A stretch of DNA of 64,000 bases from Psilocybe cubensis (lineage: Eukaryota). This document shows positions 63,010-64,000 of this stretch, one piece after another. The stretch is from positions 1,116,001 through 1,180,000 of the forward strand of contig CM039000.1 of the NCBI GenBank assembly GCA_017499595.2. Direction: 5' to 3'. Position numbers and translations under genes: made by a program. The notes beneath the pieces were generated by a model, which was not told the origin of the DNA, made no database searches, and was given only the letters and a program-made list of their open reading frames with translations. Position 1 is the first letter of the stretch. The number at the start of each line of letters is the position of its first letter.

Positions 63010-64000
63010 CTATGTCTGAAAATGAAATATACCTCGATCAATGTCGAATGCGATTTGTAACAAAAACTTTTGAAAATCTCCCAGTCGGCTTAGCATGGGT
63101 GAGTTCAGTACCACTTCACGATCGACTTTATCCTCAAATGGAACCTCGGGGAATGTGATTCCGAAGGCTGGAGGGGATGTCCTAGGCGACGCCGACGACG
63201 AAGGCGCAGCCATGGTCTTGCGCAACAATGTAAAATGCTCTTCGGATTTGAACCCTAGATGGACCAGAACGGGGATGAGCTCACCCATATTTTGATGGTG
63301 CATATACGCATGGATTGTATGGCAAGCGCGGTTGATGCGAACGGGTAGGTGGTTCTCGCGACGAGTTTCCGGGAGTGAATCAGAGGATTTTGGGCAAGGA
63401 ATTTGTTCAATCGTTGGCAGCATCGTCGGCGTGAGTGCCCTGGGTGGAGTGATTGAGGTTGACATTTGTGAAAGCGAAGGATCTGAGTCTCGTAAAAGAT
63501 CCACCAAGCGAGAATGTGTAAGATCCACTTTGCGCAGTAACGTTCTCAAAACCTTTTTCGACTAATGCATTGAACCAGAAGCATGTTAACGCTTTGGTAT
63601 CAAATTGTCAGGAAAGAAACAACTTACAAACATGTCTGCAAATATGGCTGACTCTTCCTCCTTTGTGTAGGTGGGGGTTATGGCCGGGACAGTGCTGTAA
63701 AACCATAGTAGATAAATCCTAATAGGCCAATAGTTTGTGTATTTCTCAAAATGTCCAGGAACGACGGAGCATATCTAGTAGAGGTACTAATGATTTAATG
63801 AGTTGCAGGTCGTGAATGACATTATTTACCGATGCAATAATCTTTTCAAGCGCGGCTGCGTCCGGTTCAGGGTGGCAGAAGTGATTACACGATTTGTCGA
63901 CGAGAGCATCCTGTGCGGTCAGGCAGCAAACGTTAAAGCATTGACAGTGTATTAAGATAAAAAAATTACACACCATGAGACTTCCAAATAGCGCATCATC
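63010..64000 (-). CDS. Paralog (gene B) of 58469-61049; only the 3' part is in the window
   Basis: DDALFGSLM|DALVDK...LEKIIAS|ICSVVPGHFEKYTNYWPIRIY...AIFADMF|...IEQIPCP...MGELIPVLVHLGFKSEEHF...LGDFQKFLLQIAFDID. Aligns exon by exon with the second half of gene A. Confidence 0.75.

Noticed and set aside
1..64000. CRISPR arrays, rRNA, intact transposons or retroelements
   Set aside because: No repeat-spacer arrays, rRNA motifs, or RT/integrase/transposase motifs, and no long terminal repeats were seen.

Overview
This is an intron-rich eukaryotic window with no prokaryotic features. The GT-AG introns with CTRAY branch sites, the FunK1 kinase, the F-box family and the cerato-platanins point to an agaricomycete (mushroom-forming basidiomycete). 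About 21 protein-coding loci were rebuilt by manual splicing. From left to right they are: a partial ITFG1/LINKIN-like FG-GAP protein, two tandem cerato-platanins, a disrupted FunK1 kinase, an EGF-domain ABCG transporter (ADP1-like), COX17, a receptor-like single-pass protein, a GH79 glycosidase, an F-box protein, a paralog of the single-pass protein, a LEA_2-like membrane protein, a Zip3/RNF212-like RING protein, a JmjC protein, a DHA2-type MFS transporter, GID4/Vid24, a Baeyer-Villiger-type flavin monooxygenase, casein kinase I and Ran. At the right end is a tandem array of three paralogs from a family I cannot name, built from a 'YxxxW(P)' helical module and a SAM-like module. No tRNA, rRNA, CRISPR array or intact transposon was recognised. 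The most notable observations are that tandem family, a hairpin-dense intergenic element near 46.7 kb with a partly U1-like layout, a domain at ~39-59 kb with long introns and many microsatellites, and three co-oriented gene pairs with spacers under 200 bp. CDS coordinates span introns and were derived by eye, so some ends are approximate.
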